NCBI GenBank assembly: GCA_030247575.1
Contig: JAOTRV010000019.1
Location: forward strand, 13,336-77,335
Reading direction: 5' to 3'
DNA: 64,000 bases
From: Sulfuritalea sp.
GTDB taxonomy: Bacteria > Pseudomonadota > Gammaproteobacteria > Burkholderiales > Rhodocyclaceae
The notes under the pieces were generated by a model. It was not told the origin of the DNA. It worked only from the letters and a program-made list of their open reading frames with translations, and did no database searches. Shown here piece by piece: positions 16,560 to 27,742 of the stretch (positions are counted from its first letter, which is position 1; each line of letters opens with the position of its first letter). Made by a program: the position numbers and the translations under genes.

Positions 16560-18626
16560 TCAGCCGGTCAGCTTGCGGTAGATCTCGGCAATTTTTTGTG
16601 GCAGTTTTTTCGCGTCGTCGATCACCGAATAGTGCGCGGGGCCATAGAGCTGAGGCAGGTAGTCGGCGCCGTGGCGGTCGATGGTGACGCAATAGCTGCG
16701 GATGCCCTTTTCGCGCGCTTCGAGCAGGGCGCGGCGGGTGTCCTCGATGCCGTAGCGGCCGCGGTATTCATCGCCGTAGTCGTCGGGGCGGCCGTCGGAG
16801 AGCGTGACCAGCAGCTTGTGGCGCGTGTTCTGCCGCATCAGCAGGCCGGAGAGGTGGCGCACCGCGACGCCCATGCGCGTGTAGTCCTTGGCCTCGATGC
16901 CGGCGATGCGCTGGCGGGTTTCGGCGTCATAGCGGTCGCCGAAACGCTTGACGCGGTAGATGTCGCAGTGCGTGCGCGTCCAGCCGGAAAAGCCGTAGAT
17001 GGCGTAGCTGTCGCCCAGCGCCTCGATGGCTTCGCACAGCAGCACCAGCGATTCGCGCTCGGCGTCATTGACCCAGCCCTTGGTCGAGCCGCTCATGTCG
17101 ACCATGAACATCACGGCCAGCGAGCGCTCGATGCGGCGGCGATGGATGAACAGGCGCGGCGACGGTTCGGCGCCGCTCTTGCGGTCGGCACGCGCTTCCA
17201 CCTGCGCATCGAGATCGATTTCCTCGCCGTCGAACTGGCGTTTCTGCGGCTTGTCTTCGCCGCGTAGAGCCTCGAAGCGGCGGCGGATGCTGCGGATCAG
17301 GTGGGCGTGGCGAGTGCGCACTTCATCGACCCATTCCGGATCGCCGGACCGCGCCTCCATCTCGTACAGATGGCACCAGCCGCGCCGCCATGAGGCGCGC
17401 CGGTAGTCCCATTCATCATAGAAGGCATCGGGCTGGGTGGTGACGCCGGGCGCGATGGATTCATCGACGCCATCGACCGGCTGCCACGCGCCCGGCCCGG
17501 CCGGGTGCAGGGCTTCGGGAGGAATCTCGCCAAGATCCTGCAGCAGCGACTTGGCCGCCTCGCGCGCGGCGGGCGGCAGCGCGAGCAGGTCGGCCTGCGG
17601 GTCGGGCACCTGCAACTCGCCTTCCGCGGCGAGCGGCGGGTAGTCGGAATTTTCGGCGGCGCCGGCCTTGGTATCCGTCGCCGCAATCACGTTGAGGGCG
17701 CGGCGCACGACGGCCAGCTCGCGCGTGATGCGTGCGGCGCGCACGCGCCGTGCCGCGACCGGATCGAGCGTGCCGATGTGCGGCAAAGTCGGCGCTGGCA
17801 ACACGCCGATTTCCCGCAGCGCCGCCATGCAGGCGAGGCTGTCGGCGACCGTGGCATCGGGTCGCGCCAGCTTCGCTGCGGCAGCCGCCAGCTCGGCCGG
17901 CCACGGCCCACGCAGGCCGGCGATTTCCTGCGCGAGGCCCGGCAGCTCGACCGCGATGCAGGCTTCGAGGCGCATGGCTTCGAACACGGCGAACCAGGCC
18001 AGCGCACGCTCGCGGTCGGGCCACAATTCCAGCTCGGGTTCGGGATCGAGATTGAAAGTGCCGAAGCGCGTCTGCGCCCAGAGCAGGGCCGCGATGGCTT
18101 TGTAGAGCCGGCGGTTGCCGGCAACGTCGGTCGCCGCGTCGAGCCGTTCCGGCAGCCACAGGGTTTCGGTATCGGTCCAGGCCTTCGGGCCGCTGACCAG
18201 CCGCAGCGGGCGGCCGTCGAGCGCCTGCAGGAAGCGAGAGAGGCGCCCTTCGATCGCCCCGAATGCAACGCTGTCCTGCGAACGCAAGGTGCTGGCCTTG
18301 TGCGTATCAGTGAACTCGTTCAGGGCCTTGCGCGTGGCGGCGAGGCCGCTGCGGTCATAGGCATCGAGCCCGGCGCGCGCCCAGTCGTCGAGCTGCGCGC
18401 CGAGACCGGCCGCCTGCGTCGCGGCCAGCGAGGCGATCAGCCAGCCGAGGTCATCCGAGGTTTGCGCCGCGACGCCGGCCCAGTGCAGCACGCGCTCCTG
18501 CAGCTCGCGTGGCAGGGCTTCGAGCAGCGCAGCCGGCTCGGCTGCGGAACGCTGGCGCAGGGAAAGCAGCAGCAGTTCGTCGAGCCGTGCTTCGAGTTCG
18601 TGAGCGAAGAGCTTGCGTTCGCTCAT
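16560..18626 (-). CDS. norD: NorD/CbbO-like von Willebrand factor A protein
   Basis: 688 aa with a C-terminal VWA/MIDAS (VMFMVDMSGST...LVTLSDGRPDD). It lies directly downstream of the NorQ-like ATPase. Confidence 0.78.
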   Translation of the reverse strand: MSERKLFAHELEARLDELLLLSLRQRSAAEPAALLEALPRELQERVLHWAGVAAQTSDDLGWLIASLAATQAAGLGAQLDDWARAGLDAYDRSGLAATRKALNEFTDTHKASTLRSQDSVAFGAIEGRLSRFLQALDGRPLRLVSGPKAWTDTETLWLPERLDAATDVAGNRRLYKAIAALLWAQTRFGTFNLDPEPELELWPDRERALAWFAVFEAMRLEACIAVELPGLAQEIAGLRGPWPAELAAAAAKLARPDATVADSLACMAALREIGVLPAPTLPHIGTLDPVAARRVRAARITRELAVVRRALNVIAATDTKAGAAENSDYPPLAAEGELQVPDPQADLLALPPAAREAAKSLLQDLGEIPPEALHPAGPGAWQPVDGVDESIAPGVTTQPDAFYDEWDYRRASWRRGWCHLYEMEARSGDPEWVDEVRTRHAHLIRSIRRRFEALRGEDKPQKRQFDGEEIDLDAQVEARADRKSGAEPSPRLFIHRRRIERSLAVMFMVDMSGSTKGWVNDAERESLVLLCEAIEALGDSYAIYGFSGWTRTHCDIYRVKRFGDRYDAETRQRIAGIEAKDYTRMGVAVRHLSGLLMRQNTRHKLLVTLSDGRPDDYGDEYRGRYGIEDTRRALLEAREKGIRSYCVTIDRHGADYLPQLYGPAHYSVIDDAKKLPQKIAEIYRKLTG

Positions 18627-18632
18627 GCCGAT

Positions 18633-19472
18633 TTAAAACACTGCGCGGATCAGGTCGTCCAGCGCATCGCGCGTGTCGGTCTCGTCGGCCAGCGGGCGGG
18701 CGATCGCGGCGGTGCAGGCGATCGCCGGCGCCATGCCGCTGGCGATCAGTTGCGCGGCATGCACCAGCAGGCGGGTGCCGGCGCCTTCGTCGAGCCCGGC
18801 GCCCTTGAGCTTGCGCGTGAGCCCGCCGAGCTTGACCAGCCTCTGCGCGGTATCGGCGTCGACGCCGCCTTCATGGGCGACGATGCGCGCTTCGGTCGCG
18901 GCCTCCGGATAGTCGAAATCCAGCGCGACGAAGCGCTGCCGCGTGCTCGGCTTCATTTCCTTGAGCACGCTCTGGTAGCCGGGGTTGTAGGAGATCACCA
19001 GCATGAAGTCCGGCGGCGCGGTGATGTACTCGCCGCGCTTTTCGACCGGCAGCGCGCGGCGCGAATCTGTCAGCGGATGTATCACCACGGTGGTGTCCTT
19101 GCGCGCCTCGACGATCTCGTCGAGATAGCAGATGGCGCCGGCGCGCACGGCAGCGGTGAGAGGGCCGTCCATCCAGACGGTTTCGTCGCCGACGATCAGG
19201 TAGCGGCCGACGAGGTCGGCGGTGGTCAGGTCGTCGTGGCAGGCCACGGTGACCAGCGGCCGCTTCAGACGCCAGGCCATGTGCTCGACGAAGCGCGTCT
19301 TGCCACAGCCGGTGGGGCCTTTCAACATCACCGGCAGGCCGCTTTTGGCGGCGGCCGCGAAGACGTCGAGCTCGTCGCCGGTGGCATGGTAGTAGGGCTC
19401 GCTGGCGAGGTGCACCAGCGGTGTGGAAGGTGCGTGAGCTTCGGCGCGGCTGGCGGGTTTGGCAGTATTCAT
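18633..19472 (-). CDS. norQ: CbbQ/NirQ/NorQ-family MoxR AAA+ ATPase
   Basis: 279 aa with Walker A GPTGCGKT, Walker [10 protein letters not shown] and the typical YNPGYQ motif. Confidence 0.9.
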   Translation of the reverse strand: MNTAKPASRAEAHAPSTPLVHLASEPYYHATGDELDVFAAAAKSGLPVMLKGPTGCGKTRFVEHMAWRLKRPLVTVACHDDLTTADLVGRYLIVGDETVWMDGPLTAAVRAGAICYLDEIVEARKDTTVVIHPLTDSRRALPVEKRGEYITAPPDFMLVISYNPGYQSVLKEMKPSTRQRFVALDFDYPEAATEARIVAHEGGVDADTAQRLVKLGGLTRKLKGAGLDEGAGTRLLVHAAQLIASGMAPAIACTAAIARPLADETDTRDALDDLIRAVF

Positions 19473-19476
19473 ATGT

Positions 19477-20937
19477 CTATTTTTTTGCTTCCCTGGCCAG
19501 TTTGGCGTCGTCGGCCATACGTTTTTTCATTTCGCGCAAACGCGAATCCACCTGCGATTGTTCGTAGAAATTGCCGTCGCCGGCCTTTTGCGCCAGCTCG
19601 AGCTGTTCCACCGCGGCCGGCACCTGGCCCAGCAGGGCATAGGCTTCGGCCTGGGCGCGATGCTGTTGCAGGCGTTTGCCGAGCACGGACCAGGTCTTGG
19701 CCTGCAAGGCGTGCATCTTCGGGTCGGACGGGTAAGACAACAGTTCGTCTTCGGTGACCTTGATCGCCTCCGCGGGCAGGCGGGCTTCCAGTAGCGATTC
19801 CACCAGGCCGTAGGCGATCGCGCGTTCCTGCGGAAAGCGTGGCTGCGCCGCGCGCAGGATCTGCACCGCCGTCGCGGGGTCGCCCTGCTTGAGCCGCAAC
19901 TGGGCCGCGAGCGTCTCGATCATCGGTGACTGGACCTTCATGCGGCGCAACTCGCCGATCTCCTTTTCGGCGGCGGCGGGATCGCCGTCGCGCAGACGCG
20001 CCTGTGCCAGGCCGTAGCGCATGGCGGCTTCGCTGCCGGAAAAGCTGTGATCCTTGAGCCGGGTGTCGAACTCCGTCACGGCGTCGCGCGAGCTGCCTTC
20101 CTGCGCGCGCAGCTTGGCGCGCACCAGCTGGAACTCCAGCGAATCCGCCACCTGCTTGTAGGGCCGTCCCTGGATGCGGTTGCCCATGTCGGCCAGCCGC
20201 TCGGTGGTCAGCGGGTGGGTCCGCAGGTAGCCGGGGGCATTGTTCTCGTAGAGCCGCCCCTGCTTCTGCAGGCGCTCGAAGAAGCTGCTCATGCCGCGAA
20301 TGTCGAAGCTGGATTTTTCCAGCAGGCGCACGCCGATCCGGTCCGCCTCGCGTTCGAAGTCGCGCGAGTAGTTGAGCTGGTTCTGGATCGCCGCGCCCTG
20401 CCCGGCCATCAGCGTGCCCATCGCCAGATCGGGACTGCTGCGCGCGGCCAGGATAGCCACCGCCAGCGCCAGCAGGCTGGTGACCTGGCCCTGCCCCGAC
20501 TTGTTGACCAGGCGCGCCAGGTGGCGCTGCGTGACGTGGGAGATTTCGTGCGCCAGCACCGAGGCGAGTTCCGATTCGGAGGCGGCGGCAAGGATCAGCC
20601 CGGTATGCACGCCGATGTAGCCGCCGGGCAGGGCAAAGGCATTCAGCGTGGGGTCGCGCAGCGCGAAGAACTCGAATTCCTGCCGGCCCTCCTCGCTCTG
20701 CGAAGAAAGCCGGCTGCCGATCCGGTTGAGATAGCTGGTCACCTCGGGATCGTCGAGCCAGGCAGGATCGCGGCGGATCTCGAGCATCACCGATTCGCCG
20801 ATGCGGCGTTCCATCGCGGGCGAGAATTCGGTTTGCGCCGCTTCGCCGAGATCGGGCAGGCCTTCGGCCACGGAAAGCGGCGCGCAGAGGATGCCGAAGC
20901 CGATGACGGCGGCGCTGGCAAGCGGATAAAATTTCAT
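19477..20937 (-). CDS. M48 metalloprotease with TPR domain (BepA/YfgC-like)
   Basis: 486 aa from [11 protein letters not shown] (signal peptide), with [10 protein letters not shown] zinc motif and a C-terminal TPR region. The upstream part of the 672-aa frame is rejected. Confidence 0.85.
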   Translation of the reverse strand: MKFYPLASAAVIGFGILCAPLSVAEGLPDLGEAAQTEFSPAMERRIGESVMLEIRRDPAWLDDPEVTSYLNRIGSRLSSQSEEGRQEFEFFALRDPTLNAFALPGGYIGVHTGLILAAASESELASVLAHEISHVTQRHLARLVNKSGQGQVTSLLALAVAILAARSSPDLAMGTLMAGQGAAIQNQLNYSRDFEREADRIGVRLLEKSSFDIRGMSSFFERLQKQGRLYENNAPGYLRTHPLTTERLADMGNRIQGRPYKQVADSLEFQLVRAKLRAQEGSSRDAVTEFDTRLKDHSFSGSEAAMRYGLAQARLRDGDPAAAEKEIGELRRMKVQSPMIETLAAQLRLKQGDPATAVQILRAAQPRFPQERAIAYGLVESLLEARLPAEAIKVTEDELLSYPSDPKMHALQAKTWSVLGKRLQQHRAQAEAYALLGQVPAAVEQLELAQKAGDGNFYEQSQVDSRLREMKKRMADDAKLAREAKK

Positions 20938-20985
20938 ACCGCTATGATAGCGGCTTCGCCAGAACGAGTTGTGACAGCGTATTTC

Positions 20986-21522
20986 ATGAAGCCATCTCCG
21001 AAGCCATCCCTCAAGCCGTCTACCCAGCCTCGCGCCACACCGCTGACCCATTTCGATGCCGCCGGCCAGGCGCACATGGTCGATGTCGGCGCCAAGGCGG
21101 AAACCAGCCGCGTGGCGCGGGCGCGCGGCCACATCCGCATGGCGCCCGCGACCTTCGCCCTGATCCAGAGCGGCTCGGCGAAAAAGGGCGACGTGCTGGG
21201 CATTGCGCGCATTGCGGCGATCCAGGCCAGCAAGCGCACCTCCGAGCTGATTCCGCTGTGCCATCCGCTGGCACTGACCCGCGTCGCCGCCGAACTGACG
21301 CTGGACGCCGCCCGCCATCGCGTGACGATCGAGGTCACGGCGGAAACCTTCGGCCGCACCGGCGTCGAGATGGAGGCGCTGACCGCTGTCTCGGTCGGCC
21401 TGCTGACCATCTATGACATGTGCAAAGCCGCCGATCGCGGCATGATCATCGAAGACATTCGCCTGCTGGAAAAAGCCGGCGGCAAATCCGGGCATTGGCT
21501 GGCAGATGCGGACCGCAAATGA
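20986..21522 (+). CDS. moaC: Cyclic pyranopterin monophosphate synthase
   Basis: [18 protein letters not shown]...IPLCHPL...GVEMEALTA...TIYDMCKA. The start could also be at 20944. Confidence 0.9.
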   Translation: MKPSPKPSLKPSTQPRATPLTHFDAAGQAHMVDVGAKAETSRVARARGHIRMAPATFALIQSGSAKKGDVLGIARIAAIQASKRTSELIPLCHPLALTRVAAELTLDAARHRVTIEVTAETFGRTGVEMEALTAVSVGLLTIYDMCKAADRGMIIEDIRLLEKAGGKSGHWLADADRK

Positions 21523-22535
21523 ACACTGATAACCAACAACGCGCCGTAGCCTGGTGGCTGTTCGCCTGCTGCGCCATGGTTTTCCTGACGATGGTGGTCG
21601 GCGGTGTGACGCGCCTGACCCATTCGGGCCTTTCCATCGTCGAATGGAAGCCGCTGATCGGCGCCCTGCCGCCGCTGTCCCACGCCGACTGGCTCGAACT
21701 CTTCGCCAAGTACCAGCAGACGCCGGAGTTCATCAAGCGCAATCACGACATGACGCTCGACGGCTTCCAGTTCATCTTCTGGTGGGAATGGGCGCACCGC
21801 CTGATTGGCCGCAGCATCGGCGTGGTGTTTTTTGTTCCCTATGTGTGGTTTCTCATTCGCGGAAAACTGCGCGGCGCGCTTGCGGCCAAAGTGTTCGGCT
21901 TCTTCATCCTCGGCGGCCTGCAAGGCGCCATGGGCTGGTACATGGTGCAGAGCGGACTGGTGGATGATCCGCGCGTGTCGCAATACCGGCTGGCGGCGCA
22001 CCTGGGGCTGGCCTTCCTGCTATTCGGCCTGATGGGCTGGACCGGGTTGGGCATGATGCAGCGGCGCGCCGTACCGCCAGCGCCGACTTTCACCATGCGC
22101 CTCGGCAACTGGCTGGTGGCGCTGGTGTTCATCATGGTGCTCTCGGGCGCGCTGGTGGCCGGCATCCACGCCGGGCTGGCCTACAACACCTTCCCGCTGA
22201 TGAACGGCGACTTCGTCCCGCCCGAGATCTTCATGGTCGAGCCCTTGTGGCTGAACTTCTTCACCAACATGGCCACCGTGCAGTTCGACCACCGCATGAT
22301 CGCGTGGTTGTTGATGGGCTTGATTCCATGGTTCTCCTGGCGCATCTGGAAGGAAACCCCGGAGGCGCGGCCGGCGGCCGTGCTGCTCACGCTCTGGCTG
22401 GCGGTGCAGGTGAGCCTCGGCATCGCCACGCTGCTGCTGCAGGTGCCCGTGGCGCTGGCGGCCACACATCAGGCCGGGGCGATGGTGCTGTTCGGGCTGG
22501 TGCTGTGGGCGAATCACGCGATAAGGCGCGCCTGA
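21519..22535 (+). CDS. ctaA: Heme A synthase (COX15/CtaA)
   Basis: 338 aa from [14 protein letters not shown], with [18 protein letters not shown] and conserved His in the TM helices. The ATG overlaps the moaC stop. Confidence 0.85.
   Translation: MNTDNQQRAVAWWLFACCAMVFLTMVVGGVTRLTHSGLSIVEWKPLIGALPPLSHADWLELFAKYQQTPEFIKRNHDMTLDGFQFIFWWEWAHRLIGRSIGVVFFVPYVWFLIRGKLRGALAAKVFGFFILGGLQGAMGWYMVQSGLVDDPRVSQYRLAAHLGLAFLLFGLMGWTGLGMMQRRAVPPAPTFTMRLGNWLVALVFIMVLSGALVAGIHAGLAYNTFPLMNGDFVPPEIFMVEPLWLNFFTNMATVQFDHRMIAWLLMGLIPWFSWRIWKETPEARPAAVLLTLWLAVQVSLGIATLLLQVPVALAATHQAGAMVLFGLVLWANHAIRRA
22067..22087 (-). repeat. Interspersed motif, copy Q (revcomp GTCGGCGCTGGCGGTACGGCG)
   Basis: Inside ctaA, antisense to the gene. 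It encodes AVPPAPTF in a predicted loop. Confidence 0.8.
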
Positions 22536-22641
22536 AGACGAAGACTGCGCACACTTGAAATGCCGGCGGCAATTGGTTACCAATGGCTACCAATGGCCGC
22601 CGCAGACGAAATGCCAAGCGCGCCACCCCGGCAGGCCGAAA

Positions 22642-22662
22642 GTCGGCGCTGGCGGGACGGCG
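22642..22662 (+). repeat. Interspersed motif, copy F (GTCGGCGCTGGCGGGACGGCG, consensus)
   Basis: Intergenic between ctaA and hsdM. Confidence 0.85.
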
Positions 22663-22726
22663 ATTCTGAAGAATCAGGAGAAGTTAACCTCCAAGTTCGC
22701 CCGCCGCAACATCAAGGAGACTCTTC

Positions 22727-24421
22727 TTGCTCTGGATCGCCCCCTCCGAAAAAGACGCCGCTTCCACCTCGCTCGAAAAGCGCCTGTGGGATGCCGCCGA
22801 TCAGTTCCGCGCCAATTCCGGCCTCAAGGCGCAGGAATACTCCGGCCCCATCCTTGGACTGATCTTCCTGCGCTTTGCCGAAGTGCGCTTTGCCATTCAG
22901 CGCGGCAAGCTCGAAGGCGCCAGCGCCTCATCGCGCCGGGGTAGCCGCATCGATGAACCCGCCGCCTACCACGCCGAAGGCATCCTCTACCTTGCCACCG
23001 AGGCGCGCTTCGACTACCTTCTGACGTTGCCCGAGGTGGCCGACATCGGCGCCAGGGTCAACGCCGCGATGCGCGAGATCGAGAAGCACAACCCGCAGCT
23101 CGCCGGCGTGCTGCCCAAGACCTACAACCTGTTCACCAGCACCCTGCTGAAAGAGTTGCTGAAGAAGGTCTCCGAGATTCCGGCCACGCTCGACTACGAC
23201 GCCTTCGGCCGCATCTACGAATACTTCCTCGGCGCCTTCGCCATGACCGAGGGCCAGGGAGGCGGCGAGTTCTACACGCCCTCCAGCATCGTCAAGCTGT
23301 TGGCCGAGATCATCGAACCCTTCCACGGCCGCATCCTCGACCCCGCCTGCGGCTCTGGCGGCATGTTCGTGCAGTCGGCGCGCTTCGTCGCCGAGCATCA
23401 GAAGAACCCCGCCGCCGAGCTCGCCATCTGCGGCGTCGAAAAGACCGACGAAACCGGCCGCCTGTGCCGCCTCAACCTTGCCGTGCATGGGCTGGAAGGC
23501 GACATCAAGCACGGCGGCAACGTCAACAGCTACTACGACGACCCGCACAGCGCCACCGGAGCCTTCGACTTCGTCCTCGCCAATCCGCCCTTCAACGTCA
23601 ATGCGGTGGACAAGGAAAGGCTCAAGGACATGGTCGGCGCCGGACGCCGCTTCCCCTTCGGCCTGCCGCGCACCGACAACGCCAACTACCTGTGGATACA
23701 GCTCTTCTACTCGGCGCTCAATGCCACCGGTCGCGCCGGCTTCGTCATGGCCAACTCGGCCTCCGACGCCCGCTCCAGCGAGCAGGAACTGCGGCAGAAG
23801 CTGATCGAAGCGCGGGCGGTGGATGTCATGGTCGCCGTCGGCCCCAACATGTTCTACACCGTCACGCTGCCCTGCACGCTGTGGTTTCTCGACAAGGGCA
23901 AGGCTTCACTCCCCTCGCCCCTTGCGGGAGAGGGGCCGGGGGAGAGGGGACATCCCAACCGCCGCGACACCGTGCTCTTCATCGACGCCCGCCATATCTA
24001 CCGGCAGGTCGATCGCGCTCACCGCGACTGGACCCCGGCGCAGATCGGCTTCATCGCCAACCTCGTCCGCCTCTATCGCGGCGAAGCGCTCGAAGCGCCA
24101 AGAGTCGGCGCTGGCGAGACGGCGACCAAGCTACTTGAGGTTTTCCCTCCCCTTCAAGGGGAGGGCCAGGGAGGGGATGGGTTGGTCTACCGCGACGTGC
24201 CCGGCCTGTGCAAGGCGGCGACCATCACCGAGATCGAAGCCCAGGGCTGGTCGCTCAACCCCGGCCGCTACGTCGGCGTTGCGCCGGGTGAAGAGGTCAG
24301 CGACGAGGACTTCAAGGAGCAGCTCGAAACCCTGAACGAGGAACTGGAATCGCTGAACGCCCAGGCGCGGGAACTGGAGCAGACCATCGCCGCGAATGTG
24401 GCGGGGATTCTGGAGGCGTGA
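22727..24421 (+). CDS. hsdM: Type I restriction-modification methyltransferase subunit
   Basis: 564 aa with a TTG start. Contains [28 protein letters not shown] and the NPPF catalytic motif. It carries three in-frame repeat insertions (see findings). Confidence 0.9.
   Translation: MLWIAPSEKDAASTSLEKRLWDAADQFRANSGLKAQEYSGPILGLIFLRFAEVRFAIQRGKLEGASASSRRGSRIDEPAAYHAEGILYLATEARFDYLLTLPEVADIGARVNAAMREIEKHNPQLAGVLPKTYNLFTSTLLKELLKKVSEIPATLDYDAFGRIYEYFLGAFAMTEGQGGGEFYTPSSIVKLLAEIIEPFHGRILDPACGSGGMFVQSARFVAEHQKNPAAELAICGVEKTDETGRLCRLNLAVHGLEGDIKHGGNVNSYYDDPHSATGAFDFVLANPPFNVNAVDKERLKDMVGAGRRFPFGLPRTDNANYLWIQLFYSALNATGRAGFVMANSASDARSSEQELRQKLIEARAVDVMVAVGPNMFYTVTLPCTLWFLDKGKASLPSPLAGEGPGERGHPNRRDTVLFIDARHIYRQVDRAHRDWTPAQIGFIANLVRLYRGEALEAPRVGAGETATKLLEVFPPLQGEGQGGDGLVYRDVPGLCKAATITEIEAQGWSLNPGRYVGVAPGEEVSDEDFKEQLETLNEELESLNAQARELEQTIAANVAGILEA
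23911..23949 (+). repeat. C-arm/G-arm hairpin repeat (CCCCTCGCCCC-TTGC-GGGAGAGGGG-CCG-GGGGAGAGGGG) inside hsdM
   Basis: Read directly from the sequence. It translates in frame as [12 protein letters not shown]. Confidence 0.7.
24104..24124 (+). repeat. Interspersed motif, copy G (GTCGGCGCTGGCGAGACGGCG)
   Basis: Inside hsdM on the sense strand. It encodes VGAGETA. Confidence 0.8.
24145..24176 (+). repeat. C-arm/G-arm hairpin repeat (CCCTCCCC-TTCAA-GGGGAGGG-CCA-GGGAGGGG) inside hsdM
   Basis: Perfect 8-bp stem plus an extra G-arm, the same architecture as 23911..23949. It translates as [10 protein letters not shown]. Confidence 0.7.
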
Positions 24422-25653
24422 TGGTGGCGGCGTTTCCGACCGTGAAACTCGCTGACTGCGTTGATCTTCTCGCGGGCTTCGCCTTTAAAAGCCAGTATTT
24501 CACCAACAGACCCGATGACATTCCGCTGGTCAAGGGTGAGAACGTCAGCCAAGGCGGCATCCTCTGGGAGATTTCAAAGCGGTGGTCGGCCGCTGATTGG
24601 TCGAACTTGGAAAAGTACCAGCTTCGCTCAGGCGACGTTGTGGTGGCTATGGATCGGCCTTGGGTTCCGGCCGGTCTCAAATGGGCGTACATCCGAAGCG
24701 ATGACCCAAAGGCCTTACTGGTCCAGCGGTGCTCGCGTCTCCGAAGCAACACGCCGAAGCTTGACCAAGATTTTCTCCGTTTCGTCATTGGCGGGCCGGG
24801 CTTCGAGTCATACGTAATGCCCATCACGACCGGTGTGAATGTCCCGCACATCAGCGGGAGTCAAATTCTCGATTACGAGTTCGCGCTTCCCCCGCTCCCC
24901 GTCCAACAACGCATCGCGGGCATCCTGTCGGCCTACGACGAACTCATCGAGAACAGCCGGCGGCGCATCAAGATTCTGGAGGCGATGGCCCGCGCCCTCT
25001 ACCGCGAGTGGTTCGTCCACTTCCGCTTCCCCGACCACGAAAACCACCCCCGCGTCGCTTCCCCCCTCGGCGAGATTCCGCAGGGGTGGGAGGTGAAAAA
25101 GTTGGGCGACATCGCTGAAAACTTCGACCGCATGCGTAAGCCTCTGTCGAAAATGCAGCGATCCCAGTTGCAAGGTGAGTATCCGTACTACGGCGCCGCC
25201 AAAGTCTTCGATTACGTCAATGGCTACATCTTTGACGGCGAATACCTGCTACTGGCTGAAGACGGTTCAGTTATTACGCCCGAGCGTGCACCGGTACTCC
25301 AATTGGTCAATGAAAAATTTTGGCCAAACAATCACACGCACGTTCTTCGGGGCAAGTCTCCATTCTCGACACATTTCCTGTACCTCGGCCTTTCTGAGGT
25401 GGACATCTCCCCGTACATAACCGGCGCTGCCCAACCGAAGATCACGCAAGAGAACATGAACCGCATTCCGTTCTTTTGTGGCCCCGAGTATTTGCATATT
25501 GAGTTCAACCTGCTGGTGGAGCCAACGATTCGACAGAGCCACATTCTGCAGCGCCAAGTCCAAAACCTCCGCCGCACCCGTGACCTGCTGCTGCCTCGCC
25601 TGCTTTCCGGCCAGATAGACGTTTCCAACCAACCCGAACCGGTGCCCGCATGA
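24418..25653 (+). CDS. hsdS: Type I R-M specificity subunit
   Basis: 411 aa with two target-recognition halves and conserved central/terminal helices ([19 protein letters not shown]; [19 protein letters not shown]). ATGA overlap with hsdM. Confidence 0.85.
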   Translation: MMVAAFPTVKLADCVDLLAGFAFKSQYFTNRPDDIPLVKGENVSQGGILWEISKRWSAADWSNLEKYQLRSGDVVVAMDRPWVPAGLKWAYIRSDDPKALLVQRCSRLRSNTPKLDQDFLRFVIGGPGFESYVMPITTGVNVPHISGSQILDYEFALPPLPVQQRIAGILSAYDELIENSRRRIKILEAMARALYREWFVHFRFPDHENHPRVASPLGEIPQGWEVKKLGDIAENFDRMRKPLSKMQRSQLQGEYPYYGAAKVFDYVNGYIFDGEYLLLAEDGSVITPERAPVLQLVNEKFWPNNHTHVLRGKSPFSTHFLYLGLSEVDISPYITGAAQPKITQENMNRIPFFCGPEYLHIEFNLLVEPTIRQSHILQRQVQNLRRTRDLLLPRLLSGQIDVSNQPEPVPA

Positions 25654-27740
25654 ACGCCCAGGACCTCCCGCTCACCCAATTACTCGATGGCGCCAAGCAG
25701 TTCATCGTGCCAATCTTCCAGCGCGATTACTCCTGGGGCACCAAGCACTGCCAGCAGCTCTGGAACGACATCTTGCGGGTCGGGAACGATCCGAATGCAC
25801 GCGCGCATTTCCTCGGTTCCGTTGTCTATATTGCGGCCGAGGACAACCAGGCCGCCATTCCCCGCTGGTTGGTGATCGACGGGCAGCAACGCCTGACCAC
25901 TGTCACGCTGTTGCTCACCGCCCTGCGTGATCAACTGAAGGCAGCGCCTTCCGACGACGAGGCGCTACCTTCGCCGGAAGAGGTCGAAGACCGCTTCCTG
26001 CGCAACCGTCATGGCAAGGGTGAGCGCAGGAGCAAGCTCATGCTGCGCCGTGCCGACAACGACGCGCTATCCGCTCTCATGTCTGGACAGACAGCGGCCG
26101 CGGACACCGCCGAGGTGGTGCGTGAGAACTATGAGTTCTTCCGCGAGCGTCTGGCCGACGCCGATGTGGGCCGGGTCTATGCCGGAATCGCCAAGCTTGT
26201 CATCGTCGATGTCAGCCTGACACGCGGACACGACGATCCGCAGATGATCTTCGAGAGCCTCAATTCGACGGGGCTTGACCTGACACAGGCCGACCTGATC
26301 CGCAACTTCGTCCTGATGCGCCTCGACGACGAACTGCAAACCCGACTCTACGAAGACTACTGGCGCCCGATCGAGCTTGCCTTCGGCAACCGCTACCGTA
26401 GCGAGTTCGACAAGTTCTGCCGCGATTTCCTGGTCCTGAAACTCAAGCCGAGCAAGCAGCTCCGCGCCGACGCGATCTACCATCACTTCCGCGGGTTCTT
26501 CCATGCCGAATCCGCGCATCGGTCGGTCGAGGACGTGCTCGGGGAGTTGCGCCGTTTCGCCGGCTACTACGTCCGTTTCAGCCTGGGCCGGGAGGCCGAT
26601 CCCTTGTTCGCCGGCGCGGCGAACCGCCTGCGCGGACTGGTCGAGGTGGCGTCACCCTTGATGCTGCGCTTGCATGACTGTCACGAGCGGACAGGGCAGT
26701 TCGACAGCGCCGCGTTCAAGGAGGCCATCGAGCTTCTCGAAAGCTACGTCTTCCGTCGTTCGGCCTGCGACATGCAGACTCGCAACCTCTACCAGGTCTT
26801 CGCCAGCCTGGCCTACAGGATCCGCGACAACGCACCGCTCTTGAGCCTGAAGGTGGCGATATATCGCGGCGGCAAGAAACGCCGCTTCCCCTCCAACATC
26901 GAATTCAGCGATGCCCTGGAAACGCGCGATGTCTATGCGATGCGAACCTGTACCTATCTGCTCGACCGCCTCGAAAACGACAGCAAGGAAAAGATCGACA
27001 CCAGTTCCTTCACCATCGAGCATGTGCTGCCGCAGAACGAGAATCTTTTGCCGGCGTGGCGGGAGATGCTCGGGGACGACTGGAAGACGATTCAGGAAAC
27101 CTGGCTGCACCGCCTGGGCAACCTGACGCTGACCGGGTACAACGCCGAGTACAGCGATCGCTCGTTCGACGAAAAGAAGGCGATGCCCAAGGGCTTCAAC
27201 GACAGCCCCCTGCGCCTCAACCGGTTCGTCCGCGAACAGGCACGATGGACCGCTGCGGAAATCGACGCCCGAGGCAAGGCGCTGGCGCAGCAGGCCGTTG
27301 GCGTCTGGCCAGCGCTGGTGGTCGATATGGCAGCCGTTCGCCAGGCCGATCTGGAAGAACGGCGGGCCGCTGCAGCCCAGTACAGCATCGACACGGTCGG
27401 CTTCGATGCCGAGAGCCGGACACTTTTCGAGGCCATCCGCCCGCACATTCTCGCGCTGGGCGAAGACGTGATCGAACTCTGTGGCGCGAAGAGCGTGGTT
27501 TACCGCGTCTATGACCACTTTCTGGAGATCCTGCCACGCACGAAATACATCCTCTTGCTGGCGAACATCGACTTTGATGAAACGGACGATCCCTCGGGCC
27601 TCTCGCGTGATGCGTCGGACTTCGCATTCATCACCCATGCCAGCGAATCCGGGGATGTGATCTTTTCGCTCAAGGATGCATCGCAAGTCCATGCGGCCAT
27701 GCACGTCGTGATGCAAGCCTATGAGCGGGTGACCGAGTAG
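25650..27740 (+). CDS. DUF262 + DUF1524 (GmrSD-like) nuclease-family protein
   Basis: 696 aa. The N-terminus has FIVPIFQRDYSW and IDGQQRLTT (DUF262/ParB-like). The middle has FTIEHVLPQN...HRLGNLTL (His-Me finger DUF1524). ATGA overlap with hsdS. Confidence 0.85.
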   Translation: MNAQDLPLTQLLDGAKQFIVPIFQRDYSWGTKHCQQLWNDILRVGNDPNARAHFLGSVVYIAAEDNQAAIPRWLVIDGQQRLTTVTLLLTALRDQLKAAPSDDEALPSPEEVEDRFLRNRHGKGERRSKLMLRRADNDALSALMSGQTAAADTAEVVRENYEFFRERLADADVGRVYAGIAKLVIVDVSLTRGHDDPQMIFESLNSTGLDLTQADLIRNFVLMRLDDELQTRLYEDYWRPIELAFGNRYRSEFDKFCRDFLVLKLKPSKQLRADAIYHHFRGFFHAESAHRSVEDVLGELRRFAGYYVRFSLGREADPLFAGAANRLRGLVEVASPLMLRLHDCHERTGQFDSAAFKEAIELLESYVFRRSACDMQTRNLYQVFASLAYRIRDNAPLLSLKVAIYRGGKKRRFPSNIEFSDALETRDVYAMRTCTYLLDRLENDSKEKIDTSSFTIEHVLPQNENLLPAWREMLGDDWKTIQETWLHRLGNLTLTGYNAEYSDRSFDEKKAMPKGFNDSPLRLNRFVREQARWTAAEIDARGKALAQQAVGVWPALVVDMAAVRQADLEERRAAAAQYSIDTVGFDAESRTLFEAIRPHILALGEDVIELCGAKSVVYRVYDHFLEILPRTKYILLLANIDFDETDDPSGLSRDASDFAFITHASESGDVIFSLKDASQVHAAMHVVMQAYERVTE

Positions 27741-27742
27741 CC

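Noticed and set aside
16560-19472. Calling this a nor (nitric oxide reductase) operon
   Set aside because: No norC or norB gene is present in the window. Only the accessory-type AAA+/VWA pair is seen, so the client is left open.
20938-20985. A Moco riboswitch upstream of moaC
   Set aside because: The intergenic space is only about 48 nt. That is too short for the roughly 130-nt Moco RNA motif.
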